Shown: positions 28,880 to 43,127 of the stretch, piece after piece
Numbering within the stretch: the first letter of the stretch is position 1
Layout: every line of letters begins with the position of its first letter
Assembly: GCA_951406725.2 (NCBI GenBank)
Contig: OX597816.1
Span: 122,450,001-122,514,000 of the forward strand
Direction of reading: 5' to 3'
DNA length: 64,000 nucleotides
DNA from: Octopus vulgaris
Taxonomy: Eukaryota
The notes under the pieces: generated by a model
Database searches by the model: none
What the model was told of the DNA's origin: nothing
Seen by the model: only the letters and a program-made list of their open reading frames with translations
Translations under genes and position numbers: made by a program

Positions 28880-29408
28880 TTTAGTAGTCTTATTTTTATC
28901 ACGTGCTTTCACTGCACTACCAAGTGCAGCTCTGTGTGCCTTGGGTATGTGATGTGGTTTGTTGTGATACACGTATTTTTGCTGTGTTGAAAGTGTTTTG
29001 CGTAGGCTGTGTGCGGTGCCTAGTAGTGCTATGTTCTGCATGTTATATATATTTGTTCGTCCTGGTGTTTTTGTTATGTATCTGTCTGAATATTTTTTTT
29101 ACATACCTAATGCGCCTATGATAAGAATTGTTTCTATTTTTACACTCCACATTCGAGTTACTTCTATTTCCAGGTCTTTGTATTTTGATAGTTTCTCCGT
29201 TTCTTCTAGAGAAACGTTGTCATGTGTTGGCTTTGATACATCGATTAGAAAGCATTTTTTTTCTTGATAATCTCTGATAATTATATCTAGCCTATTTACC
29301 TTAATTTCTCTATCTGTGTGTATTGGCATATCCTATACTATGTTTTTTCATATTTTCTGTGCCCTTTTCTGGCGTGTGCATATACCATCTTTTTCCTGTT
29401 GTTATTCA
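28880..29408 (-). mobile_element. Older 3' fragment of the Dong-like family
   Basis: MPIHTDREIKVNRLDIII...IDVS...KLSKYKDL. The 3' UTR (gcagctctgtgtgccttgggtatgt) matches 6803-6900. (TAA)n flanks. Confidence 0.9.
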
Positions 29409-29420
29409 ATATTATTATTA

Positions 29421-29467
<47 letters not shown>

Positions 29468-29473
29468 GGTAAC

Positions 29474-29522
<49 letters not shown>

Positions 29523-29599
29523 GTAGTAGTAGTAGTAGTAGTAGCAGTAATAGTATTAAGAGCAGTAGTAAAAGTACTATTAATATTAGTATTATTACT

Positions 29600-30880
29600 A
29601 CACTTGTTTTATGGACTAGTTATTGTGCCAGTTTAAATTATACTTCCTATCGAACCACAGAACACGACTCAAGGTGCGATTCATTTAATACTTTCGTAAT
29701 AGAACTATCTTTCTGCTCTTCATCTATGTTCTTACTTTGTATTTATGACTTTCCGGAAATTTTTGCAGAACCTATACTCACTTTGTGCTAGCTTACTTTA
29801 CTCGCATAGAAGATACTTGATACTTCTGTTTCCTTAACCTCATATCCTGGTTTTCTGTCTGACTGACTTTTATTAATCTTTTTCTCTTTATTAGATTAGT
29901 TCTAATGATTTGTTCTTATTCATTTTCACACTTCAGGCTCAAATAAAACCTGTGTCTTCATTTACAACATCCTCAGTTTCCTGTATGAACAAGACACGTT
30001 GTTCTTTTTTCCAAGCCATTTGACCTTCTTTTCTAATTTATATGTTTGAAATCTTTCACTTTTTCAGTGGCGCTGCCCAATTGCTATCCGGAGATAATAA
30101 CCATTCCATAATTTGCACAACATAATTTTTCAAATACCAAATAACAGCACTGATTTTATCTTCAGTGATTGCCAGACCTTTTGCTCCTTTCTCTTTTTGG
30201 TAAATATAATCTGCCAATAATACTTTTTTATGATGTGCATCTTTTTTTCTCAATTTCTGTAGTTCTGTCGTTTCTATTTTAAGAAGAAACAACCCATGTC
30301 AACATTAGTAATGCACACTCATTGATTGCCTTGATACTACTACCACCACTTCATTTTGTTTTAAGCACCCTTCTCTTGTAGTCTTTGAAGACTTTCCCTC
30401 TCAGTCCTCTTTCTATTTCTTTATTAATCCGAAGCACTTTTAAACACTTCTATACTTCATTCTCTTTCAGTGATTTAATGATAATATCCTGGGGTATTTC
30501 TGTCCCATCACGTCCAAGCGCCTTTCCTGTTTATAGTTAATACCACGCGTTTATTCGCCATAATTGAATATCAATTTTGTTAAATATTCTTAGTGTTTGA
30601 ACAAGAGAATCCTAGTTTTTAGAAAGTTATGTATATTCTTCCTGTTCTTAGTAAGCTCATAATTAGGTGTAGGTATTCTCAGTAAGCTTGTAAAAAAAAT
30701 TAAAGCAATAATGCAAGTTAATGATGGTAGCAGTTCTTGCTGAAATATTCCCTTCAAATTTTTATATTTCCTGACACCCTCTCGCACTTGAGTTGCAATT
30801 TCTTATATCTTATAACTGTTGTTTTAGAAAACAAAGAAATATAAAACTCAATTTTCTCAAGGAACACAAGAGTTCTCGGG
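29600..30880 (-). mobile_element. Highly decayed REL-type LINE
   Basis: Scattered remnants such as KGIFQQELL, YIYQKEKGAKGL and a KPGYE-like segment, in the expected order. Confidence 0.45.
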
Positions 30881-31117
30881 GTTTTCAAAGTCTACTAGCA
30901 TAGCACGTTGTTGTATACTCTTTTGAAAACTGCCTCATCAACTTCGTCTTCTTCACACATACTTTACTAATGTTCATCATCATGAGGATGAGGATGATCA
31001 TAATGACCATAATCATCATCGTCATCATCATCCACGAGGTCGGACCGTGTTGTTGGTGGTGGTGGTAGTCATCATCATCGTCGTCCTTCCTTCGGTATAT
31101 TATTAGAAAGGGTTCTG

Positions 31118-31266
31118 ACAGAATCGTGCAAAATTTCACCGAAGTCGACTTTGCTTTTCATCTTTTCGGGGTCGATGAATAAAGTACTAGTTGTGTCCTG
31201 GGGTCGATGTAGTCGACTCATTCCCTCTCCACAAATGTCAGGCTTTGTGCCTATAGTAGAAATAAT
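31118..31266 (+). mobile_element. SINE family B partial copy
   Basis: cttttcatcttttcggggtcgatgaataaagtactag...ggctttgtgcctatagtagaaataattatt matches the 27107 copy. Confidence 0.7.
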
Positions 31267-34079
31267 TATTGCTATTGTTATTAATGGTAGTAGTAGTAGT
31301 ATTAATAGTAATAGTAGTAGTCGTAGTAATAGTAGTAGTAGTAGTAGTAGTAGTAGTACTACTACTACTACTACTACTATTACTACTACTACTAGTAGTA
31401 GTATTAATAAACTATGTTATTCCACGGAGTAGTTGTGCCAGTTAAAAAAAATCTATTTTGTGCTCATGTAGATACTTAACTTCTTAGCGAATGAAAATGT
31501 GTAGAAGGTTTGTACCTTTGGCCTGCAAACAGAACCGCAAAGTAACACACAATAAGCTAGTCATGAATTTCCACGACAAAAATTACCATAACATACTGAT
31601 TACTAGCGTAGCAGTGTCAAATGACGGTAAGATTATGCAGACGTTTACGGAAATACTAAGGAATTACGTTAACTTAGCTGTTGAATTAAATAAGCTATGA
31701 TAAGTAAGGAGCATTTGCTGTTCTTCTGTCTAAAATAGCAGAACGAAATGCGGCATAGAAAAGAAAATGAGCGAATAGTAATACTATGGTGTGTAAATAT
31801 TCTCAGGGCATCATCAATCAATTATTCTTAATCTTGGGCATTCGTTTTCAACTTTAACACTTTTGGTGATCTTGAACATTTTCATGAACCTTTGTTGGTG
31901 GTGGTGGTAGTCATCATCATCATCATCGTCGTCCTTCCTTCGGTATATTATTAGAAAGGGTTCTGAATATTTCAAATATGCTTCTGTTGAACATTTTGTA
32001 ACCTTTAACCTGTTCGTTGACAATAAACACAGCATGTTTTCTTGTTGTATATAATTTTCTATTAGGGATAGAGACGGTTGATATATTTCTTGAAACGTGA
32101 ATAATAAAGATAATGATAAAAACAAAGAAACCGAAAGATAATTAAAAACAAATAATAATGAGTTTGTTATATATTTCCACCAATGTGCTTGCAGGAGAGA
32201 TACTTTTATTTTGTCTTTCATTCAGTAACTTTTTACAGAAATGATTATTCGAGCTTTTGTTAATTTTGATAACTTACTGTTCTGATCTTCGCAAAGAACA
32301 TAAGCTAAGTCAGTTGTTATCAATTCCATAGGGCGACGATAATCAGATAAAGTCTGACAGACAATTCTTATCGAATCAATAAAATTGACAGATCGTAACA
32401 GAAGTATTGTCATCATTTATTGAATACACAATAAATCCTATGGTTTTCAGCAGAACTATTCCGATATTCTAACGTATCATTACAGTTTTAGAGCAACATA
32501 ATTAAGTTCGGTTTTATTCTATGTTGAATAAACCATCTTCCATCACACAGAAGTATAATTCATTGAATCGTCACATTTTGTGGGAGGCATTTATTTCTAT
32601 GAAATTAATAATGATAGTCACCAGTGCCAGAAGGTAGAGAAAACCTACTGAGGAATCACGCGTGAAACACAAATTTCTATTCCTGCTTGTTGCCATTTTG
32701 CCATTTCACTTCATTTATGATGCTAATCACATTAGGAAAGACATGAATGTGACGCCTCGTGTCTGCTTCCCATGTCTTAAAGTAAATATCGTATTGCTTA
32801 AGCAGTTACAATCAACGATATCCATCAATAAGCTATTATATCTATTGACATCAAAGAAGAAGAATGCGGGCGTTCTGGTGCATACTATTAGTGAAATAGA
32901 TATATAGAAGATGCAAATCTAAATGGAAGACACTTCTCTTCAGAATAACGAAGGAAGCAATATAACTAACAGGAGCAATATAACTAAGTTTTAAAGGCAG
33001 TGGAACGGTAGAGTCAACAAAGTGGTGCATTAAAAGTCTTTAATTTATCTTCTGTTCTACATTCTGAAGCTATAGCTCAAAAAAGGTTGAGTTTATCTTT
33101 CATTTTCCCAGGTTTGATCAAATGAGTTTGATCCAAAACTTCCGGGGTAATTCAGTGAAATATATTCATTCCATACAAAGTCGGGTCCTTGTCACGATCT
33201 GAAGAAATAGTTTTATTCAGTACAGGCTGTGATCAGTGCCGATTCGTATAGGCAACCATCATCTCTGTGGAGAAAAATATAGACAACATCATAAATGGAG
33301 TAAATATAGCAAGAAGTTTCATTGAATCGATGTGATGTAAATGACTTTTTATGCTAACGACGGTTAGTACAATACATTATCATAATGAAAATAATGTAGT
33401 GAGATGGAGAGAGAAACAGGAGAGAAAAAAGGAATTGTGTAGAAGAAGGAACAAATATATTATGGAGCTTGTTGACGCACAAGTTACCATGCACTATGAG
33501 TACACAGTCGTATGTAACGCACAAAAAAGTTATAGCTTCTGGTAATTTCTTTTAAAGTACATAGATAAAAATAAGCTATAGTTGGAGCACATAAACATAC
33601 ATACAACACACACACATACACACACACACATATGCATATGTATACACACACACGTATTATTGTATTTCGGGACGGTAATTTTTTTTTTTCCAAATAAACA
33701 CACGCACTATCTATTTTTCACTCATTCGTCTATTACTGTTCTTATTTTATTATTTTAACTCATGTCCATTGTCGGAAAATCTTTCGTTATACATCTGTGA
33801 TCTCTTCAGGGAGAAAAGAAATCAGATAGTAATGGAGGTCTGTATTATTAGTGTTAAATCAGTCTTTCAGATTCACGTTAAGAAGATATTTTTTATATTC
33901 GTTAAAACATTTGAGATTTCTACACTCAACTGCTATCAAAGAACTGGACTTGTTTTTAAATTTGCGGCTAATTTATCCCGTTCTTGTCCTTATATGGAAT
34001 AGAATGTCAACACAAACAATTAATTATTAATAAAAGTAGCTGAACGGCTGCAATGTTGTTTAATTTCTATTTAATCGAC

Positions 34080-34127
<48 letters not shown>

Positions 34128-34130
<3 letters not shown>

Positions 34131-34417
34131 TCAATTTAGGGTAGTAAAAAATTCGATAGAAATTTATCACTACCAGCGGCCCAGTGGAAAAGAAAAATAG
34201 TCATGAGACTAAAATGTAAATATATAACAATTTAGGAATGGCCTTAACAGGCCATTCGTCCACTGGGCAGAGCAGCCATAACTCTAACCGCCAAATAATG
34301 TAATTCGGAAATAGGTGAAAAATATTTCACCTATTTCCGAATTACATTATTTGGCGGTTAGAGTTATGGCTGCTCTGTCTAGTGGACGAATGGCCTGTTA
34401 AGGCCATTCCTAAATTG

Positions 34418-34425
<8 letters not shown>
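34128..34425. repeat. (TA)n-flanked fold-back element, ~100-bp arms
   Basis: 34220-34320 is the reverse complement of 34325-34425 with about 2 mismatches and a 4-nt spacer. Confidence 0.9.
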
Positions 34426-34478
<53 letters not shown>

Positions 34479-34482
<4 letters not shown>

Positions 34483-34670
34483 TTTATTATATAGAAGGAG
34501 TTCCTAGTACGTTTCATTCAAGAGAAATCTTCAGGAAGCTCCTTCCTGAAGATTTCTCTTGAATGAAACAGTACTAGTCCTGTAAACTCCTTCTATATAA
34601 TAAATTAATTTTACTCTGCTATGTATTGAGTACCTACTTACTGTGGTTAACCCCGAATCAACCCGGGACC

Positions 34671-34672
<2 letters not shown>
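34479..34672. repeat. (TA)n-flanked palindrome with HHR-like core in each arm
   Basis: 34479-34538 is inverted to 34542-34607. The arm reads cttc-CTGAAGA-t-ttc-tctt-gaa-t-GAAAC-agtacta-GTC. Confidence 0.75.
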
Positions 34673-34743
<71 letters not shown>

Positions 34744-34785
34744 CTACATACACACACACTAAATGACTGATACAGAAGACGGAGT

Positions 34786-34892
34786 GTAACCAGATGCGTT
34801 TCGGTTGCATTCTGTACTGCTTACTAGTTGGTGGGGACGATGTAATGATATCAGATGCATCTTGCAGCACAAAAGAAGTTTCATCAGGTGAC
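34786..34892 (-). ncRNA. Degenerate hammerhead with long stem II
   Basis: Minus strand: gtcac-CTGATGA-a...ttcttttgtgctgc...gcagtacagaa...c-GAAAC-gc-ATC-tggttac. Confidence 0.5.
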
Positions 34893-35466
34893 TTAATAGG
34901 CTTCAGAAGTTACAAGATTTACATTTCGCTCTAAGCAAGATGCTGGTGGTAATGTAGTGTGTTACAAGTAGTTCATATACATTGGTGAAGTAAGGAAACT
35001 TGTTGTCTGTATACAGGAAGTGGTTGATAAAAAATACAAAGAATATAATGTAAAAGGGGGAGGTGTTAGTGGTATTGGATTGAAAGACCCTAAAGCGTGT
35101 TGAGACCTTTGATGGTTGGTTATGGTGGTCGAGCATGGTGGTGTGGTCAAGAATTTGGTGGAGGTGTGTTTTCCGTCTTTAGATTTGATGGCAGCCATTA
35201 AGGCTCCAATGTTGCATGGAATGAATGTATCTTACTGAAATTTCTTAAAAGAGTGAAGCAGATTCATGACCTACAAGCAATTGACTTAGGATTTGTAAAG
35301 ATATAATATCTATATCTGTGACAATAAGAATCCAAATCAATTGAGCTCTGTTTTTGAATCATTGTATAAGAAGTATTATACAAACACATACATACATATA
35401 TACAAATAAAAAGACAGACAGACACACACACACACATATATATGCATATATATGCACACACACACT

Positions 35467-35518
<52 letters not shown>

Positions 35519-35521
<3 letters not shown>

Positions 35522-36028
35522 ATATATATAAAACTCTAGTTGTGAGTGTCTGTCCCCTTCGATTTAGATTCCTAACTCCTCCCACATTTTGCGGTGCAGT
35601 TTAACCAAATTCGGGTATCTTATAGTCGTGATTCATATCAAGCCCGTCTGACTATTAGCGCGCGTCAACGATGAGTCTACGATTTAAAAAATAATTTAAC
35701 ATAATTTTTTATTCCATTTTAATGCATAAAATGCATCGTATGTCGATGGCGGCGGAGTTGGCGTCCACGCTCACAGCTGCACCTGTTTGCTTCTCCCCCT
35801 TCCCTCCATCGTGAAGCTGTGGGGAAGGGAGTGTAAAGAAATCAACGTCGTAATGCGTTGTGAAGGAGACCAGCGTTCTTTTAAAACAACGACTTCATGG
35901 CTCGAAGACACCAAAACAAAAATGGCTAAGAAAGCCCGAATTGGCATCTATAAGGGAAGTAACTCTCTAAAAATGCTTATATAGTTATTTCCCTTACAAA
36001 CCCGAGCAACGCCGGGCGATACTGCTAG
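35519..36028 (+). mobile_element. Non-autonomous Helitron
   Basis: A|TC start, hairpin cccgagcaacgccggg, CTAG|T end. 3' end shared with 8827-9211. Confidence 0.8.
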
Positions 36029-36118
36029 TATATATATATATTAAAAATGGGGAAATCCGGTTTATGGGATTACCTTAGGTTTCCCGTCCATAAAGGGCTT
36101 AGCTTTATGGCGTATATG

Positions 36119-36151
<33 letters not shown>

Positions 36152-36155
<4 letters not shown>

Positions 36156-37293
36156 AGGAGGGAGGGGGAGAGAGAAAGAGGAAGAAGAGCAGTTAAAAAA
36201 CTTATCTCCATGCGTGTTGAATGATCAATGTTTAAATAAAACATCGACAATTCTCCTTGATACTAAATGATGTAAGGCGGGCGAGATGAATTAAGTCTAT
36301 TTTAAGGTTAGTCTGGTTAATATAGTTAAAGAGAAAGAATAAGCCATGCTTCTTTGTTCACAGTCAACACACTTCTAACATGCCACACACTTCTAACACT
36401 TCTAACATGCAACATCGATATTCCTTCTTGTATCCCTGAAAACTTGTATCCCTGCCGTAAGGCTTTATTTCCACACACGCCAGCTTAATTTAATTCGTCC
36501 TTAGTCGAAAGACACCTATTATTATGTTCCGTTGTTATTATTTTTATTGTATTTGTGTAACATTCTCTTTTTTTTCCGTTCTTGTTTTCGCATATATTCG
36601 CTGCTTTTTTCCAAGGAATCTAATTCTCTTAGCTTAGTTTTTCCTTGGGGCTGGCCAGATTAGAGCAATCTTAAGTATAATCAGCCAAAATTGCGAAGAT
36701 AATCTGGTACTCGACTGATGAAAGAAAACTCCGAATGACCCGGCCTTGTTTTCTTTGTATCGTCTATCTGGATGGTTTCTTGTCCCATTTTTGTATCATC
36801 TAAATATCCGGATGTCTTGCGTTCTTGTCCCATCTTGTATATATATATAAAGAGAAAGAAACACAGAGACATAGAGGGAGAGGAAGAGCAGTTAAAAAAT
36901 CTTATCTCCATGGCTTCTTTCTCTTTAACTATTTTGAAATATCGTGTATCTTGAATTACGAATTGATGTGGATGAATGAAGGCAAATATATTTTAAAGTT
37001 ATGCGTATTTTTTCACAAAATATGGAGTATACAGCCGAATAATGTAATATGTACTAAATTTAAATTAATTTTTAAAAATTGATTTATTTAGTTTGTACAT
37101 AAAACATGAAACTAGTCCTGTATTAATCACGTTAACCTTAAAATAGACTTAATTCATCTCGCCCGCCTTACAACATTTCGTATCGGGGAGTTTTGTCGAT
37201 GTTTTATTTAAGCATTGATCATTCAACACGCATAGAGATAAGTTTTTTAACTGCTCTTTGCTCTCTCTCTCTTTCTCTCTCTCTCTCACACAC
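36152..37293. repeat. (TA)n-flanked composite fold-back element
   Basis: 36185-36310 is inverted to 37133-37258. A direct partial copy of the arm end lies at 36873-36911, after an internal TA run. Confidence 0.8.
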
Positions 37294-37398
37294 TATATAT
37301 ATATATATACATAATTCGTCGCTATCGGCCCAACGGCAAGTTAGAAGTGTATTGATCTGTGACCGAAATAGCAAAGGCGTATTTCTCTTTAACTATAT

Positions 37399-37532
<134 letters not shown>

Positions 37533-37559
37533 ATGTATTTATGTATGTATGTATGTATG

Positions 37560-37593
<34 letters not shown>

Positions 37594-38699
37594 TGTATGT
37601 ATGTATGTATGTATGTATGTGTGTGTGTGGCAGAGGCTGGACGTGTTTTCGCTGCTCCGACCTGTCAGCGGCTGAAGACACAGAAACATATATACAACCC
37701 AGCAGGACTACTGATAAGCAACTGTAAAAACTGGAAGATCTACTATTTTCTGTGAGTAATTTGAATTTCCCTCAAAATAAGTTAAAGACTTACAAACCTT
37801 ACAGTTTTGGACAAACAAACACCTATCAAAAATTTTAGAAACATAAATATCTCCATTTTTTGTGTGAACATTTTGTCGTCACGTCTTTCTGGAGTATCAG
37901 AATATGTAAAAATGCCTTTTATTGTAACAACACAATTAAATGCACGTTAAAATTATGGAAGCAAGCACCTGCTAACCTTTATTTTCTTTTTGACTACCCG
38001 AAATATGCAAACATACTTTTTATTGCAATCACAGAAATAAACACGTGGAGAATAAGAAGAAAAAAAAAATATTCATTATAGATTCTTTCTCTCTGCTCGT
38101 ACACGACTCTATTCACAAGTGGTGTTCATAGTCGGCCCCTCCTTGATTTTTCTCAAAGTCAAGGTCACTGTTCGCAAGTTCCATCAACAACATAGTAGAC
38201 ATTTTGAACTCTTTTTGATCGATCGTTCTTCATCCCACTTTATGAAAGTAGTAGTTGCTGTTACAGCTACTACTACTACTGCTGCTATCAGAATTTACTA
38301 CTGCTACTACTACTGCTACAATTAGAAACATACAAGTTGGCGATGACATCGAGATGTTTTTCCCCGTGTCTGAATTATACCGGTGGCACCAATGAAAAAT
38401 CCCTTTCTTTTTCTTTGTTGGGAGAAAAGAGAATTTACAGTAAAAACAAACCCTCAGCCCTCCCTCCAGCGTATAAATTACTTTAAAAAAGAAATATTTT
38501 AAAAGGGAAAAACGTGAAAAAAAAAATTAAATTATATTAACGATAGGCAAAAACATGAGCCTTCTCGCACATAAACACATTATTCACACAAATACAAACA
38601 TACGCAGACGCAAATATTGAAGTACTAAATGGCATGTCAAATGATATTTAACCGTGTGGAACATTTTACATGCATATCAATATTCTAAAGTTGGACCTA

Positions 38700-41600
38700 C
38701 TATTCCTTATCCTAAAGCTACTTCAGATAACTAGGAAGGGTTCCTGACTCGTTTCACCGTCTGCTTTCAGTCTTGGATTGTGTTTCGGTTCAGCCCAAAC
38801 TCTCTCAGATTTTGTCTGCTGTTGCCTACTCCTACAAGGATCGCAGCTGTTTTTGTTCCTGCTTTAACTCAGATTTGTCCTAGAGCCCATAGAAGATTGT
38901 TTTTGTCAACCATCTATCATGTCAGCTACCTACAGATCGAAATTGAGATCTGCGAGAAGGGCTCGCTCTGCTGATCCTATTTTGGAGAATTCAGTTGGTG
39001 AGGCGATCGGTGATATCAGGCTTTCACATGGGGGCCCTGAAATCAGGACTTCTCATCAGGATGATGGTCCTACCAACAGTCATCTCAACGAGCAGTTGCT
39101 GTTGCTCAAACAAGAGGTCGAGCACCTAAAGTCTGTTGTTGCTCATTTACTGAATAAACAGTTTCCTATTGACGCAAAGCCACCCTTGATTTCTTCCCTG
39201 GAGACGTCCAAACTGAAGGGAACAAAATCGAAGCGGCCAAAGAAGGCGAAGGAACCGGCGGTCGTTTCCGCACATGATCGTTCCTGTGCGGATCCTTCCT
39301 CATCTGTCTTTTCGGTCCCGGAGGTTCCCCAACCTGAATTGAGGAGCATAGACTCAAACCCACCTGAAGACCGTTGTTCTCCCAAAAAGAAGAAACGTAG
39401 TCAAAACTCCAGTGGGGTATATTTAGCTGCGAAACCTGCTCACGTTAAATTTTTTTTGGATTCTCCCTCACTTGTCCTTCCCATCAATGCCATTGCTCAA
39501 CCAATTCTGAATGATCTTGATGTGAGTTAATCTTGGGAGTGGTGCTCCTCCAAACCGAAGAAGAGGCAGTGCAGTTCCAAACCAGGCGGGAAAGTTATGA
39601 CCACTAAATCCATTCTTATCGACCCCAAAGGCCGACATAAGTCTGATGGCTATCAAACCACCCTTTCGAAATCATCCAACGAAGAATCGAATGCCGCAGC
39701 TCATAGTAGAGAACAGAAAGACCATTTTGCCCACTCAAGATTAGCAATCATCTATGGTAAGGCTGAATCCACCTGTGATACAGGCATAAACCGCCTAAAA
39801 GAGGACATAAATTTTGTTTCCGTTTTAGTTTGAGAATTGTTCTCTGTCAACGAAAATGTCAGTATCTATAAGGTCGCTCGGCTAGGAAGATTCCAAGCGA
39901 ACTCAACCTCAGACACTAGACCACGCCCAATAAGAGTAATCTTTCCTTCCGATCAGGAGGCTTCAACTTTTCTAAACAGAGCTCAGATGCATACCTGGGA
40001 GGACCCCAATATGGGTTTTCGCGAGGAATACTCACCGAGAGAAAGAGTTCGCCGGAGAAACCTAATATCCGAACTGAAGATGAGAAAACAGATGGGAGAG
40101 AAGGGTTTACGCATCCAGGATGGACAAATAATCAAGTCCTATCTCTGGTCGCATGCTGTAGTGCTAACAGGGAAAGTGAATCGAGGACGAATCGAAGTAA
40201 AGTAGATACCCCGTCAACGATGCTATCTCTGATACCCCTTATTCTGCTTGTTCCCCAATTCCCGCCCCTGAAACTTCACAGCTCAGCATCGTCTATACCA
40301 ACTCGTGCTCCTAATTTCCAAAGTTCAGCGAACTATTTACACTGGCACATGCGTGATTCCCCTGATGTGATAGCTATCACCGAGACTTGGCTGACTCCAG
40401 CAGTAAAGGACTCGGAAATCCACCTACAGGGCTACGCCCTCTTCAGACGTGACAGAGAAAAAGGCGAGGTGGAGGTGTTGCTGTGTATGTTAAATTTGAT
40501 CTCAAACCTTCCAACGGTATTCTACCCACTAATGCTCACCCTACAACAAAATTCGATGCCGTCTATTGCAAGCTGAGCCTATCCAGGTTTTGCCTGCCCG
40601 TGTTAGCCGTATACAGACCGCCTCTTGCCGACCCCCCGGACGATGCTCATTTACTCGAAGCAATAAGATTCATTTCAGCTTCTCATGACTGTTTGATATT
40701 AGGAGACTTCAACGCTCCCACGATCGATTGGCCCGCATCAATTTGTACATCACCTTCCCGGTTCGGCCAGGCCCTTCTTGACGTGGCTGAAGATTGTTTT
40801 CTATCGCAACATGTTGAATATCCGACAAGGCATCGGTCTGGGCAGCAGCCATCTATGTTGGATCTGGTATTCTCCCGCTATCCAAGATCAGTGTCAGGCT
40901 TATCTGTGTGCGCATCTCTTGCCAAGAGTGATCATGCGGTCCTGAAGTTCGTCATGCACACAACTTTTTCTACGCCCACGACTACTTCGCTGTCACGTAG
41001 AGTCTTCTCTGCAATTAAACTTGAAATTCTAACCGAGGCTTCTGCGCTTCTGGACTGGCGATCCCTGATGACGTTGTCCTCAGTTGACGAACTATGGTCG
41101 TCCCTCAAAGCATATGTAATCTGGCTGACTGACCAAGCAGTTCCCGTTGGGCCTCCCAAGAAGAAGAAACACAAGCCCTGGGTGACGAAGAAGGTTAAAT
41201 GAGAACTTCGGCTCAGAGATATTGCTTGGGCTGAATTCAAAAATCTAGATTCGACTGCAGCTTTTGAGGTGTACAAAACTCAACGAGACCGAGCCGTGAA
41301 AATTGAAAAGAAAGAACGTTTCAGATATGAATACAAAATCGCGGCAAACTCCAGTAGCAATCCAAAATCCTTCTTTGCCTGTGTCCAACGGAATTCCCGC
41401 TTGAACAACCAAATTGCAACGTTGGTAGACTCAACAGGCGTATCGATTGAGGACCCTTATCAACAGAGTCAATTATTTGCCGAGGCCTTTTCAACTATTT
41501 TCAAACAAGATGATGGTCGTGAACCCCCTCCATTTGATAGATCGGTACCTCCAATGCTTCGATTGGTCATCACTTGGAACGAAGTCGCACGCGTTATTCA

Positions 41601-43127
41601 AGGCCCCGATGTCAACAAGGGTCACGGCCTTGACGGCATACACCCACGGGTTATCAAAGCGTTGGCTCCGGTCATCTGCGAGCCTTTAACATGTATATTC
41701 AATATATCATTGCCGACGGGTGTTATACCTGCGGACTGGAGAACAGCGATAATCTGCCCAATTTTCAAGAAAGGGAGCCGCGAAGACCCGCTTAACTACC
41801 GACCGGTTTCCCTTACTTCAATAATCGGCAAGATGTTCGAAACCATCCTTAAAAAAAAGTATGATGCTCCACCTCCAAAACACAGCCTCTATCTCTGACT
41901 CCCAACACGGCTTCGTGCCGAAGAGATCATGCTTGACCAACTTACTGGTAATGGAAGAATTGGTGACGCGCATCCTCTATGATGGTGATGTAGTTGACAT
42001 CGTTTTATTGGACTTTGCCAAAGCTTTTGACTCGGTAAACCACCGCCTATTACTTGTCAAGCTTCAAGCAAATAGTTTCCATCCGGATATTGTACGATGG
42101 GTTGGTGCCTTCCTCTCAGACCTCTCCTTCCAAGTCCAAGTTAATGGTTCGCTGTCCGACGTCTCCAGTGCGTGCCTCAAGGTTCAGTGCTTGGGCCCTT
42201 ATTGTTCTTAGTCTTCATGAATGACTTGCCCGACGACCTCATGCAACACACCCTTCTATTTGCCGACGATGTCAAACTGGTCGCTCCTCGCGGTGATATA
42301 GAGGATCTTCGTCGATGCCTCCACCAAATTTGGAGATGGCCTAACGAATGGGACCTGTGTCTGAACGTGTCAAAGTGCTGTCATCTGCCTGTTGGCTCTC
42401 CTCCTGCAACTCAACTTGATTTCGAGCCGGCTCGTCTGCTGCTGGAGAGGATCGACCAGGTAAAGGACCTGGGTATCTTGGTGGATTCCTCCTTTTCGCC
42501 TTCGGCCCAGTGCGTCCATGCTGCCAACAAAACACGCGGAGTTCTGTTCTTGATTGGACGGTCATTCGGAATGCTCACAGCAGCCATATTCCTACCGCTC
42601 TATGTCACGCTGGTGAGATCCATATTGGAGTACAGGATTCTCCTTATCCCCTCAAAGTCATACAGCATCTCGAAAGAGTCCAGAAGCTGGCTACCCGCAT
42701 GGTTCTTGGTCTCAAGAATTTGTCTTATGAAGAAAGGCTGAAGACGCTCGACCTTTATTCTCTAGAAAAACGACGAGGCCGTGGTGATCTCATTCTTGCT
42801 AAAAACATCATAAGCGGAAAGTGTAACCTCTCGAAAGAGCTGTTCTTCACTCCTGCTCCAGAGCGTCGGCTGCGGGCTCACTCCGAAAAGCTGTATCTGC
42901 GACGATTTCATCTCAATCGAAGGAGAGGGGCTTTCTCCGTCCGGGTTGCGGATCCGTGGAATAAGCTGCCAGATGAGATGGTGAAGATGCCGACGACCGC
43001 TCGGTTCAGTCTCCCTTGACCACAAGTGGCCTGCACCCTTTACATGAACACCACCCTGTACATAACTCCATGTCCCCCTACATGGCCTTGCTTTTTGCTT
43101 TTTGAGCCAAAAATTAACTAACTAACT

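Noticed and set aside
34240-34262. Possible SECIS-like hairpin in the palindrome arm (some PLEs encode selenoproteins)
   Set aside because: Lacks the UGAN/NGAN quartet geometry, and no linked UGA-containing ORF is present.
36705-36745. ctgatga-aagaaaactcc-gaa hammerhead-like string
   Set aside because: No GAAA-N..UH and no convincing stems.
37668-37695. gcgg-ctgaaga-caca-gaaac-atat-ata, similar to the 1351 HHR
   Set aside because: Stem II and the 3' strand of stem I are absent, so it could be chance or a deleted relic.
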